DNA from: an uncultured Rickettsiales bacterium
GTDB lineage: Bacteria; Myxococcota_A; UBA796; UBA9615; CAYRNR01
NCBI GenBank assembly: GCA_964584075.1
Contig: CAZOYV010000001.1
Coordinates: 25,701 to 89,700 of the forward strand
Direction: 5' to 3'
DNA length: 64,000 bases
Shown: piece by piece, positions 42,958 through 51,837 of the stretch
Numbering within the stretch: position 1 is the stretch's first letter
Layout: every line of letters begins with the position of its first letter
Notes under the pieces: model-generated
What the model saw: the letters and a program-made list of their open reading frames with translations, nothing else
Told to the model about the DNA's origin: nothing
Database searches by the model: none
Position numbers and translations under genes: made by a program

Positions 42958-45306
42958 TCAGCGCCGCCGGCCGCCGATGGCGTCCAGCGACAGGCCCTTG
43001 AGATCCTCGAGCAGGGTCACCATGTGGCGGATCTGGACCGCCCAGATCCGCCGCCCCTTGTCCGCGGTGGCCACCGTGGCGTCGCCCAGCACGCCGGTGC
43101 GCGACAGGCGCGCGGTGCGGACGTACCACTCGACGCTGCGAGGGCCGTCGAAGTCCAGGTACGGGCTGGGGAACCGCGACACGGAGCGCTCGGCGAGGGC
43201 CATGTCCACCAGCTGGGGGCGCTGCGCCAGCATCATGCTGGTCTCGATCTCCCCGGCGTGCACGTCGTTGGGGGTCGAGCAGATCGCCTCCACGTCGGCG
43301 TCGCTGGTCTCTCCGGTGTCGACGGTGGTGAAGATCCGCGCGTCGCGGTTGATCCGCTGGGCGGCGAGCTGCAGCGCGGGGATGTTGCCGCCGTGCCCGT
43401 TGACGATCACCAGCTTGGTGATCCCGTGGCGGGCCACGTTCATCCCGATCTCGTAGACCAGCCGCTCGAGCGTCTCGCCGTCGATCGCGATGGTGCCGGC
43501 GAAGTCCTCGTGGTGGTACGACACGCCGAACGGGATCGCGGGCAGCACCAGCGGCCGCGGCTCGGAGCAGGCCTCCGCGGCGGCCAGCGCCAGGAACTCG
43601 GCGCTGAACGTGTCGGTGTCCAGCGGCAGGTGCGGGCCGTGCTGCTCGGTGGCGCCCACCGGCAGCAGCGCCAGATCGGTCTGCTGCAGCCGGCGCAGCG
43701 CCTCGGGCCAGGTCAGCTCGCACCACAGCTGGGTCGACTTGGCCGGCGGCGGGATCGGATCGTCCCGGCGTGCGGAGGTCGCCTCGGCGGGCGGGGCCTC
43801 GAACGGGTAGGGCGCCGCGAGCACGTCCGGGTCCAGCGGATCGAACTCGACCCACACCCGGCCCACGCGCCGCACCGCGCCGTCGGCGTGCTCCAGCAGC
43901 AGCCGGGTCAGCGGCGCGCGCAGGTCGCGGGGGATCCAGTCCACCGGGGAGCGCACCGGGTCGTAGCGCAGCCGGCCGATCTCGGGGTGCGGCCGTGCGG
44001 CGTGGGCCGCGCCCCCCCCCTCGGGGAGCCGGCCCGCCTGGGACAGCAGCCAGGTCAGGTGCTGGGCCCCGGCCGACTCCTGGTGGACGCCGGCCTCGGC
44101 CAGCGCCCGGAGGCACTCCGCGACCTGCTCGGCGGTGTACCCGCAGCGGGTCGGGTCCGCTCCCAGCGCGACGAGCATCCCGACGATCCGGCGGCACTTC
44201 TCGCAGGCCCCGCAGGGCCGCACGCGGCCGTCCTCGACGTGGGTCGCGTGGCACGAGGTCTGGTGCGCCTGCAGCTCCGGGTAGCGCTCGACCAGCACCT
44301 TCTCGATCAGCAGCTCGGACAGCGGCCGCAGCAGCGAGAACTGGGCCACGTCCCAGCCCTTGCGGTGGAAGTAGCGCGACATCGCCTGGTCGAAGAACCG
44401 GCTCTGGTCGTACAGCCCGTCGTAGTGGGTGATCCCGTGGTACGTCTTGCGCACCGTGGTGTCGAACTCGTCGCCGATCAGCAGCCGCCCCAGCCCGCGC
44501 TTGCGCAGCAGCGGCAGCGCGCCGAACAGGAACACCGCCACGGTCCACAGCCGGATCGGGTACTCGTCGGAGCGCAGCCGCTGGAAGTCGGGCCGCACGA
44601 TCGGCAGCTGCCGGAGCATGAAGCTGAACACGCGGTCCGAGGTGGTCCACACCCGCGCGGTGTGCGGCACGTGCTCCGCGAAGTGCCGGTGGGCGTTGAG
44701 CGCGGTGTGCCAGTGGCGCCCCGACTCGGCCACGAAGATCGGGTGCGACTCCATCCCCAGCTCGCCCAGCAGGCCGTGGGTCAGCAGGCTGTCCTTGCCC
44801 CCGCTGGAGAGCACGGCGTGGCCGAGCCGGTCCAGGGCCCACGGACCCCCCTGGGGGCCCCCGGTGGGGAGCTCGCGGTCGAACAGCAGGCTGGCCTGGA
44901 GGTAGCGCCGCAGCGGACGGGGCTCCAGCTGGGCCGCCGCCCCGACCAGGAACGGGTTGGGATGCAGGAGCTTGATCGCGTAGATCTCGCGGGCGGTGTT
45001 CTCGGCCATGTCGGCGAGGAACCGCCGATCGTGGGCGTCCAGCGGATCGCGGAACACGATCTCGCCGCAGAACAGGCCGTAGTTCAGCGCCAGCTGCGCC
45101 CCGATCAGCCCGGCGAGGTTGCGGTCCGCGTCGGCGTCCGGCTCGAAGACGTCCTCGTCCCACTTGTAGACCAGCTCGGCGGAGACCCGCTCGCCCCCCC
45201 GGACCACCGTGTAGGGCGTGGCCAGCCGGCGCGGCTCGACCCGCGTCGGGCCCACCTCGAGGCGGTCGAAGGCCCGCAGCGCGTGCCGCACGGCGAGGTC
45301 GCTCAC
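42958..45306 (-). CDS. Fusion protein with an N-terminal PP-loop ATP pyrophosphatase-like domain (SGGKDS, C-terminal CxxC) and a C-terminal creatininase-family amidohydrolase domain
   Basis: LSSGGKDSLLTHGLLGELG followed by CGACEKC. The C-terminal LLPVGATEQHGPHLPLDTD...NGHGGN is the creatininase (PF02633) signature. The likely GTG start at about 45306 overlaps the upstream stop (GTGA). The track ORF N-terminal extension to 45786 is Arg/Gly-rich and overlaps the DUF1611 gene. Confidence 0.6.
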   Translation of the reverse strand: MSDLAVRHALRAFDRLEVGPTRVEPRRLATPYTVVRGGERVSAELVYKWDEDVFEPDADADRNLAGLIGAQLALNYGLFCGEIVFRDPLDAHDRRFLADMAENTAREIYAIKLLHPNPFLVGAAAQLEPRPLRRYLQASLLFDRELPTGGPQGGPWALDRLGHAVLSSGGKDSLLTHGLLGELGMESHPIFVAESGRHWHTALNAHRHFAEHVPHTARVWTTSDRVFSFMLRQLPIVRPDFQRLRSDEYPIRLWTVAVFLFGALPLLRKRGLGRLLIGDEFDTTVRKTYHGITHYDGLYDQSRFFDQAMSRYFHRKGWDVAQFSLLRPLSELLIEKVLVERYPELQAHQTSCHATHVEDGRVRPCGACEKCRRIVGMLVALGADPTRCGYTAEQVAECLRALAEAGVHQESAGAQHLTWLLSQAGRLPEGGGAAHAARPHPEIGRLRYDPVRSPVDWIPRDLRAPLTRLLLEHADGAVRRVGRVWVEFDPLDPDVLAAPYPFEAPPAEATSARRDDPIPPPAKSTQLWCELTWPEALRRLQQTDLALLPVGATEQHGPHLPLDTDTFSAEFLALAAAEACSEPRPLVLPAIPFGVSYHHEDFAGTIAIDGETLERLVYEIGMNVARHGITKLVIVNGHGGNIPALQLAAQRINRDARIFTTVDTGETSDADVEAICSTPNDVHAGEIETSMMLAQRPQLVDMALAERSVSRFPSPYLDFDGPRSVEWYVRTARLSRTGVLGDATVATADKGRRIWAVQIRHMVTLLEDLKGLSLDAIGGRRR

Positions 45307-46400
45307 GGCCGTTGCCCCCGGTGGCGGTGCAGCCGCGCGATGGCCTCGACCACCGGCGCGAGGTCGCCGGCCAGCGGCTCCACGGCGGGCCGGTCCGTGC
45401 GCCGCGCCAGCTCCTCGCATGCCGCCGCGACGCCCTCCTGTGCGAGCCCCTCGCGGTTCACCGTCAGCGCGATCACGGGCCTGTCGGACACGATCTCCAG
45501 GGCCTCGATCTGCCGCTCGATGGGGTGGATCGGGTAGCCGGGGAAGCCGTCGTAGTCCCCGCGCGCGGGGGCGTGCTGCAGCACGATCCCGGCGGGCCGC
45601 CCCGCCGCCAGGATCTCGAACCCGCCGGGGTAGGCGGGGTTGAGCAGGCTCCCCTGGCCCTCGATCAGGATCACGTCGGGGCGGGCGTCCTGCCAGCACT
45701 GCCATACCGCGTGCTCGATCTCGCCGGCAACGAAGTCGTTGACCAGCGAGTCCATCACCACGCCCCAGCGGGCGCCCTGCAGCCACGCCGTCTGGCCGGT
45801 GCCCACCAGCTCGGCGTGCAGCCCGGCCGCGGCCAGCGCGTCGGCCAGCAGCCAGGCCGTGGTCCGCTTGCCCACCGCCGAGTCGGTGCCGAGCACGGCG
45901 ACGGTCGTCGCCCCGACCTCCTCGATCTTGCCGCTGAAGAAGTGCAGCTCCGAGCGGGGCGGGGGCCTGCGGATGTCGCGCAGCCGCACCCCGTGCCGCT
46001 CCGCGAGGGCCACCAGCTCCGGGTCGTCGCCGAGCAGGTCGTGCAGCCCGCAGTCCACGTGCAGCCCGTGGGCGATCGCCCGCCGTACGTCCCGCAGCGC
46101 CCGCTCCGGCAGCCGGCCGCCGTCCGGCGCCAGGCCGACCACCAGGTGGGTCGCCGCCACCGGGCCCCCGGCGCTGTGCTCGACGGCCTCGTCGACGGAG
46201 GCCAGCAGCGGGATGTCGGCCGGCGCCCCGTCGAGCAGGGTCCCGGCGTCCTCGCCGGCGCAGGTGGAGTCGACCACGGACAGCACGTCGTAGCGGCGCG
46301 TGCGGCGCACCAGCCCGTGAGCGGTCTTGCCGTTGGTCGTGCGGAAGGCGCCCTCGCAGTACACGATGGCGCCGCCCTCCGGCCAGCTCTTCAGGGACAT
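45303..46400 (-). CDS. DUF1611-family protein (DgcN-like; commonly partnered with enolase-superfamily epimerases)
   Basis: Start MSLKSWPEGGAIVYCEG at about 46400, 5 nt after the upstream stop, with GGAGG in place. About 365 aa. Family assigned by overall similarity as I recall DUF1611 proteins. Moderate confidence. Confidence 0.55.
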   Translation of the reverse strand: MSLKSWPEGGAIVYCEGAFRTTNGKTAHGLVRRTRRYDVLSVVDSTCAGEDAGTLLDGAPADIPLLASVDEAVEHSAGGPVAATHLVVGLAPDGGRLPERALRDVRRAIAHGLHVDCGLHDLLGDDPELVALAERHGVRLRDIRRPPPRSELHFFSGKIEEVGATTVAVLGTDSAVGKRTTAWLLADALAAAGLHAELVGTGQTAWLQGARWGVVMDSLVNDFVAGEIEHAVWQCWQDARPDVILIEGQGSLLNPAYPGGFEILAAGRPAGIVLQHAPARGDYDGFPGYPIHPIERQIEALEIVSDRPVIALTVNREGLAQEGVAAACEELARRTDRPAVEPLAGDLAPVVEAIARLHRHRGQRP

Positions 46401-46405
46401 CGTCG

Positions 46406-47521
46406 TCACCTCCGCCCGGTCAGCACCGCCACGTAGCGGTCGCCGGGCAAGGGGCCCTCCCGGTGTCGGGACAGCAGCGCGATCAGCCCGGCGGTGGAGG
46501 CCGGCAGCACGCTCAGCCCCTCCCGCTCGCGGATCGTCCGCGAGACCGAGCGCATCGCGCGGTCGCTGGCGTCCAGCGCCCAGCCGTCGGTGGCGCGCAG
46601 CGCCTCGAGGGTCGCGTCGCCGTCGATCGAGTGCCAGTTGATCAGCGGCTCGTTGGTCTCGGTCTCGCGGATCTTGCCGGGGTCCAGGTCCTCGCAGGAC
46701 GCCAGCCCCCGCCGGTACGAGTGCACGATCGGGTTCTTGCCGTGGGACGAGCCCGCGACGATCCGCGGCATCCGCGAGGTCTTGCCGCGGCGGTAGAGGC
46801 TCAGGAAGCCGCGGTAGATCCCGGCCAGCGTGGTGCCGTTGGACACCGGCGCGGCGACCACCGCCGGCGCGTCGCGCAGCTCGTCGTAGATCTCGTAGGC
46901 GATCTCGCCGTAGGCCCGCAGCTGCAGCGCGGTGTTGGCCCCGCCCGGGTTGGCGTCGTAGTACTCCGCGGCCTGCGCCGTCTGCCGCGAGAACGCGACC
47001 GCCTGCTCGTAGTCCCCGGGCACCGTCACGATCTCGGCGCCGAGGGTCTCCATCTCGTCGCGGCGCCGCGGGTGGTAGGCCCCGGGCACGTGGATCACGC
47101 AGCGCAGCCCGGCGAAGCGCGCCGCGAGCGCCACCGCTGCGCCGTAGTTGCCGCAGGTCGCCGCGGTGATCACGTCGAACCCGCGGCGCAGCGCGTCCAT
47201 CGCCTGGGCGAACGCGATGCGGTCCTTCTGCGTCCCCGACGGGTTGCCGCCGTCGAACTTGAGGAACAGCTGCCGCAGACCGACCTCGCGCTCGAGGTTG
47301 CGGGCCCGCGTCAGCGAGGTGTCGCCGACCTCCGAGTCGGCGATGTTCTCGAACGCCTCGAGGCGCTCCTCGAGCTCGCGGTCGGGATCGGCGGCGATGC
47401 GCCGCTCGTGCTCCCACTGCTGTTCGAACGCGCCGGGCGCCGCCGTGGCGCCGTCGAGCAGGGTGTCGCCGGGCGTGGCCCGCAGCACGGCCGTGGGGTC
47501 GGGGGTCGGAACAGAACGCAC
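46406..47521 (-). CDS. Fold-type-II PLP-dependent enzyme (threonine-synthase / cysteine-synthase-like)
   Basis: GGNPSGTQKDR (PLP-Lys motif S/T-x-K-D-R), a Gly-rich loop and SNGTTLAGI. The likely GTG start at 47521 is preceded by GGAGG with a 5-nt spacer. The track ORF upstream extension (to 48412) is Arg/Ala-rich. Confidence 0.7.
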   Translation of the reverse strand: MRSVPTPDPTAVLRATPGDTLLDGATAAPGAFEQQWEHERRIAADPDRELEERLEAFENIADSEVGDTSLTRARNLEREVGLRQLFLKFDGGNPSGTQKDRIAFAQAMDALRRGFDVITAATCGNYGAAVALAARFAGLRCVIHVPGAYHPRRRDEMETLGAEIVTVPGDYEQAVAFSRQTAQAAEYYDANPGGANTALQLRAYGEIAYEIYDELRDAPAVVAAPVSNGTTLAGIYRGFLSLYRRGKTSRMPRIVAGSSHGKNPIVHSYRRGLASCEDLDPGKIRETETNEPLINWHSIDGDATLEALRATDGWALDASDRAMRSVSRTIREREGLSVLPASTAGLIALLSRHREGPLPGDRYVAVLTGRR

Positions 47522-47776
47522 GAGTGCCTCCGTTGCGAGTACGCGGTGGTAGTTTGCACCCGCCGTGCCAATCCGCGCGAGCGCTTCGCGACGGCGCGCG
47601 CCGCGCCGGGAGGGCGGTGATCCGGAAGCACGGCTTCCGGTCGTGTCCGATCCAGAAGTGGTGGTTCCGCTCTCGCGACGCGCGGTCCGCCGCGTCGAGG
47701 TGCTCCCGAGTGATCGTGCACCGATCCGGCGGGTGGTGGCTCTCCAGGGAGGAACCCCAGAGGAGAGCTCGTTCCC

Positions 47777-48127
47777 ATGCTCGGACGGCAGCGTACCCAG
47801 GACCGCTCGATCGAGAGCCGGATCCACGTCACCCCGGAGGCCCAGACCGCGCTGGTCGAGGCGCTGGACCAGGAGCCGGAGGCACCCCGCTCGTTGCGCC
47901 TGTACTTGCAGGGCTATGGCTGAGGCGGTCCCAGCCTGGGCGTGGCCCGGGACGAGGCACGCGACGACGACCGGCAGGTCCGGATCGGCGACCTGACGTT
48001 CCTGATCGACCGCGAGATGGAGCGGTCGCTGGCGATGTACGGCGGGCTCGAGATCGGGTACCGCGACAGCCCCTGGGGCGGTGGCTTCACGATCCAGTTC
48101 TCCGGGGTGGGCGGCGGCTGCTGCTGA
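47777..48127 (+). CDS. HesB/IscA-like Fe-S scaffold homologue selenoprotein with an in-frame TGA (Sec) at 47921-47923 replacing the first conserved Cys
   Basis: ORF 47777..47923 (IHVTPEAQTALVEAL...SLRLYLQGYG) and track ORF 47942..48127 (...RIGDLTFLIDREMERSLAMYGGLEIGYRDSPWGGGFTIQFSG..GGCC) are in the same frame with only the TGA between them. They align to IscA: I.LT..A...V..L....LRLGV..SGCSG..Y...VDGKSLQFLDGTQLDF...GF.F.NPN..CGCG. LQGYG-U-GG aligns with SGCSG. Confidence 0.6.
47935..47951 (+). promoter_or_regulatory. Putative SECIS hairpin for the HesB-like gene
   Basis: Begins 11 nt after the UGA. ccugggc-gug-gcccggg forms a 7-bp stem (one U.G at stem position 3) with a G/U loop. It has the same geometry as the hairpin after the PrdB-like UGA. 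Confidence 0.45.
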
Positions 48128-48323
48128 GCACACCCCCGGCACCTGTCCAGAGGTGCGCCTCCGGGCGCAGGCGGTGACGCCGGCACCTGCGCGGCACCCG
48201 CTCGCGCCCGCGCGTCGAGCCCGGCGAGGCGACCCTCCCTCCACCGGCCGCGGCGCTGGCTGCTCTCCCCCCAGCTGATCGCCGGCCCGATCGTGCGCGC
48301 CGGCGCGTTCCTCACCCCGGATC

Positions 48324-48533
48324 GTGGCCAACCGCCCCGCCGATGGCCGGCAGACCATCGAGGGGCTGGAGCGGGTCGGGGACGGCCGGTCCATGGAGCT
48401 GGTGCTGGCCAACGACCTGGCGATCCTGGCGAATCGCTGCTTCGCGCACCCCGAGCGGCTCGGCGGCGAGGCGCTGCCGACGGTGGCCCTGCTGTCGGCC
48501 GAGGGCGAGCCGTTCTACCACTTCCAGCTCTGA
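48324..48533 (+). CDS. Small hypothetical ORF (69 aa); reality uncertain
   Basis: MANRPADGRQTIEGLERVGDGRSMELVLANDLAILANRCFAHPERLGGEALPTVALLSAEGEPFYHFQL. Plausible composition, but no recognisable family. Confidence 0.25.
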   Translation: MANRPADGRQTIEGLERVGDGRSMELVLANDLAILANRCFAHPERLGGEALPTVALLSAEGEPFYHFQL

Positions 48534-48616
48534 CCCCACCGTGACCTCCCGGAACGCGATACCGTTCACGGGACGGCGGCTCGCCGCGAGACCGGTCTGT
48601 GGAGGGTTCGGGTGCC

Positions 48617-50944
48617 ATGCGGACGTGTTGGATGATCGTGCTGCTGTGCTGGATTCCGGGGGCCGCGGCCGCGGAGCCGCCCACCGAAGACGAGCGGATC
48701 GAGCGGCTGGCCTCGCTGGGCGACCTGTGGGGCATGGTCCAGTACTTCCACCCCGAGATCACGACCCGCGACATCGACTGGGACCGGGCGTTGCTCGAGA
48801 CCATCCCGCGGGTCGACGCCGCCGAGACGGTCGAGCAGTACCGGGCGGCCGTGGACCACATGCTGGCGTTCCTCGACGATCCGGCGACGCGGACGATCGA
48901 CGCGGAGGCACTGGTCGGCACGGACGAGGCCGCCCCCGGTGACGGTGCCGAGCCGGGGGAAGACGCCGAGGAGTGCGACGGGCCGGTGCTGGAGCGGCTG
49001 CCCGGCGATCTCGTCGTCCTCGACGCGCGCGACGTCGCCTGTGTCGCGGCAGGATACAGCTGGCGGGGGGACGGCCCGTTCGTCGAGGCCATCGAGCAGG
49101 CGGACGGGGCCCGCGCGATGGTGGTCGACCTGCGCACACCGGAGGTCGCGGACGCCTGGATGGTGCACGACGCGTTCGAGCGCGACGTCTCGGCGAGGCT
49201 CCCCGCGGACGCGTTCGGCCCGGCCCTGCGCACGCGGCTGCACTCGGGCTATCCGCCCCAGACGGGGTTCTCGTCCGGCGGCTACTGGGCCGGCCTGCTC
49301 ACCGTCGAGCCGCGGCGGCTCGAGCGCGGCGAGCTCCCCGAGGGCCGGCCGCCGCCGATGGTGCTGCTCCTCGGGGAGGGCTCGTCCGAGGGGCTGGAGC
49401 CGGCGTCGGCCCTGCGCTCGGCGGGGCTGGCGCGCATCGTCTACGAGGGCGATCCGGCGCGGCTGATCGGCCAGACCGAGCGCCTCGAGCTCGCCGGGGA
49501 GGTGGTCGTCGAGCTGCTGGTCGCCCAGTACGTGGAGCGGGATGGTGCCGTCGGCGTGGCGGTGGATCTGCTGCTGCCCCCGCCCGAGCCGGGGGCCCGC
49601 AAGGACGTGGCCCGCGACCGGGCGATCGCGATGGCCCGCGGCCGGCTCGATCCCACCCCCCCGGACCGGGTCCCCGAGCCGGTCACGCTCCGCGCGATGA
49701 TCGACGACCCCTACGGCGAGCAGTGGCCTCCGCCCCGGGAGTACCGGCTGCTGGCGCTGTTCCGGATGTGGAACGCGATCCGGTTCTTCTACGCCTACCA
49801 GCACCTGCAGGACACGCCCTGGGAGGACGCGCTGCCGGAGTTCCTCCCGGTGTTCGAGCAGGCCGAGGGAGACGATGCGTACCGGGAGGCCGTGTGGCGG
49901 CTGGCCGCCCGCGTGCAGGACGACCACGTGATGTACTGCTCCAACGCGCTGTGGTGGACCTTCGGGCGGTTCGCCCCGTACCTGTCGACGCGGTTCTTCG
50001 GTGACGAGCTGGTGGTCGTCGACGCCGGGCCGACCGAGCTCGAGCGGGGGGTCGAGGTCGGCGACGTGATCCTAGAGATCGACGGCGCCACCGTCGCGGA
50101 GCGCCTCGACACCCTGACCCCGTACATCGCCGCGTCCAGCCGGCAGCAGCTCCTCAGCCGGGCGGCGAGTTTCGCCCTGGCGGGGGAGTTCAAGACCGAT
50201 GCCCGGCTATCGCTGCGCCACGGGGACGGGACGGTCGTGGAGGTCGAGGTGCCGCGCACGTCCGATCCCGGGACCAAGCGCAGCGTCTTCAAGTGGGCGC
50301 TCGACACCGTCGAGGAGCTGGACGGCGGCATCGGCTACGCCGACCTGGCCCGCCTGACGCCCGATCAGGTCCCGGAGATGCTCGACGAGTTCCGCGAGCT
50401 GCCGGCGATCATCCTCGACATGCGGGGCTACCCCCATGGCACGGCCTGGGCCCTGCCCCAGCGGCTGACCCACGAGTCGAGGCCGGTGGCGGCGCGGTTC
50501 CAGCGTCCGATGCTGATCGGCACCGAGTTCGTCCTCGCCGGAGATCACCAGCCGGTGTACGGCTTCGCCCAGCGGGTCGAGCCCCGGGACGACCGCGACT
50601 GGGTCTACGACGGCGAGATCGTCGTGCTGATCGACGAGACTGCGGTCAGCCAGGCCGAGCACACCTGCCTGTTCCTCGAGGCCGCGGTCCCCGACGTGAC
50701 GTTCGTCGGCCGGCCCACCGCCGGCACCAACGGGGACGTCACGTCGATCGTGCTGCCCGGCGCGCTGCAGGTGTGGTTCACCGGCCACGACGTGCGTCAC
50801 GCCGACGGCCGCCAGCTGCAGCAGCTCGGGATCCAGCCGGACATCCACGTGGAGGCCACGATCGAGAGCCTGATCGAGGGCCGCGACGAGATCCTCGACG
50901 CGGCGCTGGCCCACCTGGCTGCGACGCTCGAGCCGGGCGGCTGA
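48617..50944 (+). CDS. Secreted peptidase S41 family (C-terminal processing / tail-specific protease-like) with a PDZ-like domain
   Basis: ATG at 48617, preceded by GGAGGG. Signal peptide MRTCWMIVLLCWIPGAAAA. VGDVILEIDG (PDZ). VVLIDETAVSQAEHTCLFL and FVGRPTAG (S41 Ser/Lys region). Confidence 0.7.
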   Translation: MRTCWMIVLLCWIPGAAAAEPPTEDERIERLASLGDLWGMVQYFHPEITTRDIDWDRALLETIPRVDAAETVEQYRAAVDHMLAFLDDPATRTIDAEALVGTDEAAPGDGAEPGEDAEECDGPVLERLPGDLVVLDARDVACVAAGYSWRGDGPFVEAIEQADGARAMVVDLRTPEVADAWMVHDAFERDVSARLPADAFGPALRTRLHSGYPPQTGFSSGGYWAGLLTVEPRRLERGELPEGRPPPMVLLLGEGSSEGLEPASALRSAGLARIVYEGDPARLIGQTERLELAGEVVVELLVAQYVERDGAVGVAVDLLLPPPEPGARKDVARDRAIAMARGRLDPTPPDRVPEPVTLRAMIDDPYGEQWPPPREYRLLALFRMWNAIRFFYAYQHLQDTPWEDALPEFLPVFEQAEGDDAYREAVWRLAARVQDDHVMYCSNALWWTFGRFAPYLSTRFFGDELVVVDAGPTELERGVEVGDVILEIDGATVAERLDTLTPYIAASSRQQLLSRAASFALAGEFKTDARLSLRHGDGTVVEVEVPRTSDPGTKRSVFKWALDTVEELDGGIGYADLARLTPDQVPEMLDEFRELPAIILDMRGYPHGTAWALPQRLTHESRPVAARFQRPMLIGTEFVLAGDHQPVYGFAQRVEPRDDRDWVYDGEIVVLIDETAVSQAEHTCLFLEAAVPDVTFVGRPTAGTNGDVTSIVLPGALQVWFTGHDVRHADGRQLQQLGIQPDIHVEATIESLIEGRDEILDAALAHLAATLEPGG

Positions 50945-50958
50945 GCGGGGCTCGGAGG

Positions 50959-51837
50959 CTACCTCGTCCAGGGTGTGGACGGCTCCTGGGCCGGCCGCCC
51001 GATCAGGCGCGCGACGACGACCGCGCGGTCGCTGCCCTCCGACCACCGCTGGCCGGCGTGGCCGCCGAGCACCGCGAGCACGTCGAAGTCCCACTGGCCG
51101 AGCTGGGCCTCGAGCCACCGCAGGTCGACGCGGTACAGGTCCAGCGTGCACTCACGCGCCTCGATCAGCCTGCCGCTGACCGGATGGACCCGGCTGTACC
51201 GCTGGCGGATCTGGACCACGGTCCCGTCGATCGACGGATGCTCGAAGACCGTCTTGTCCACGACGTGACCGTAGGGCCCGACGCGGAACGTGCTGCGGGT
51301 GGCCTCGCGACCGCCGCCGGGAGCGGTGCGACCGGGGGAGGCGAGGTCGAGGATCAGCAGCCCGCCGGGGACGAGGTGCGCGGCGCAGCGCGCGAGGCAC
51401 GCCGCCTGGGGTGTGGGTCCGGGGAGCAGCTGCAGCCCCGAGAACGGGATCAGGATGGCGTCGAACCGGCGCGGGAAGCGGAACGACACCATGTCCTGCT
51501 GGGAGAACCGCAGGCGCGCCGCCACGTCGCCGGGCAGCCGGCGGCGCCGCGTCCGGGCCCGGCGGATCATCGACGCCGAGCGATCCAGGCCCATGACCCG
51601 CAGCCCGGCCTGCGCCATCGGGATCGCCACCCGGCCGGTCCCGCAGCCGAGCTCCAGGACGTCGCGGCAGGGGCCGTGATCGGCCAGCAGCCGCAGGGTC
51701 CCGGCGACGTCCGCCGTCGCGGCGGCGTACTCGGCGTCGTAGGTCGCGGCCAGCCCCCGGTAGGGATCGGCGACGGGCGGGACCGGCGGCGGGTCGGCGG
51801 ACCCGGGCTCACCCCCGGTCCGAGAGCGGCTTGCCAT
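50959..51837 (-). CDS. Class I SAM-dependent methyltransferase
   Basis: VLELGCGTGRVAIPMA (motif I), DAILIP... and GGLLILD blocks. The last gene of the minus-strand operon. Confidence 0.7.
   Translation of the reverse strand: MASRSRTGGEPGSADPPPVPPVADPYRGLAATYDAEYAAATADVAGTLRLLADHGPCRDVLELGCGTGRVAIPMAQAGLRVMGLDRSASMIRRARTRRRRLPGDVAARLRFSQQDMVSFRFPRRFDAILIPFSGLQLLPGPTPQAACLARCAAHLVPGGLLILDLASPGRTAPGGGREATRSTFRVGPYGHVVDKTVFEHPSIDGTVVQIRQRYSRVHPVSGRLIEARECTLDLYRVDLRWLEAQLGQWDFDVLAVLGGHAGQRWSEGSDRAVVVARLIGRPAQEPSTPWTR

Noticed and set aside
47777-47923. Treating the 48-codon ORF upstream of the TGA as an independent small gene and 47942..48127 as a separate GTG-initiated gene
   Set aside because: Both pieces are incomplete halves of one IscA/HesB fold in the same frame. 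The only interruption is a TGA followed by a SECIS-like hairpin, so read-through is the more parsimonious model.
48140-48170. GC hairpin (GCGCC-uccg-GGCGC) downstream of the HesB-like gene as an intrinsic terminator
   Set aside because: Only a 5-bp stem and no U-tract. Such hairpins occur by chance at this GC content.
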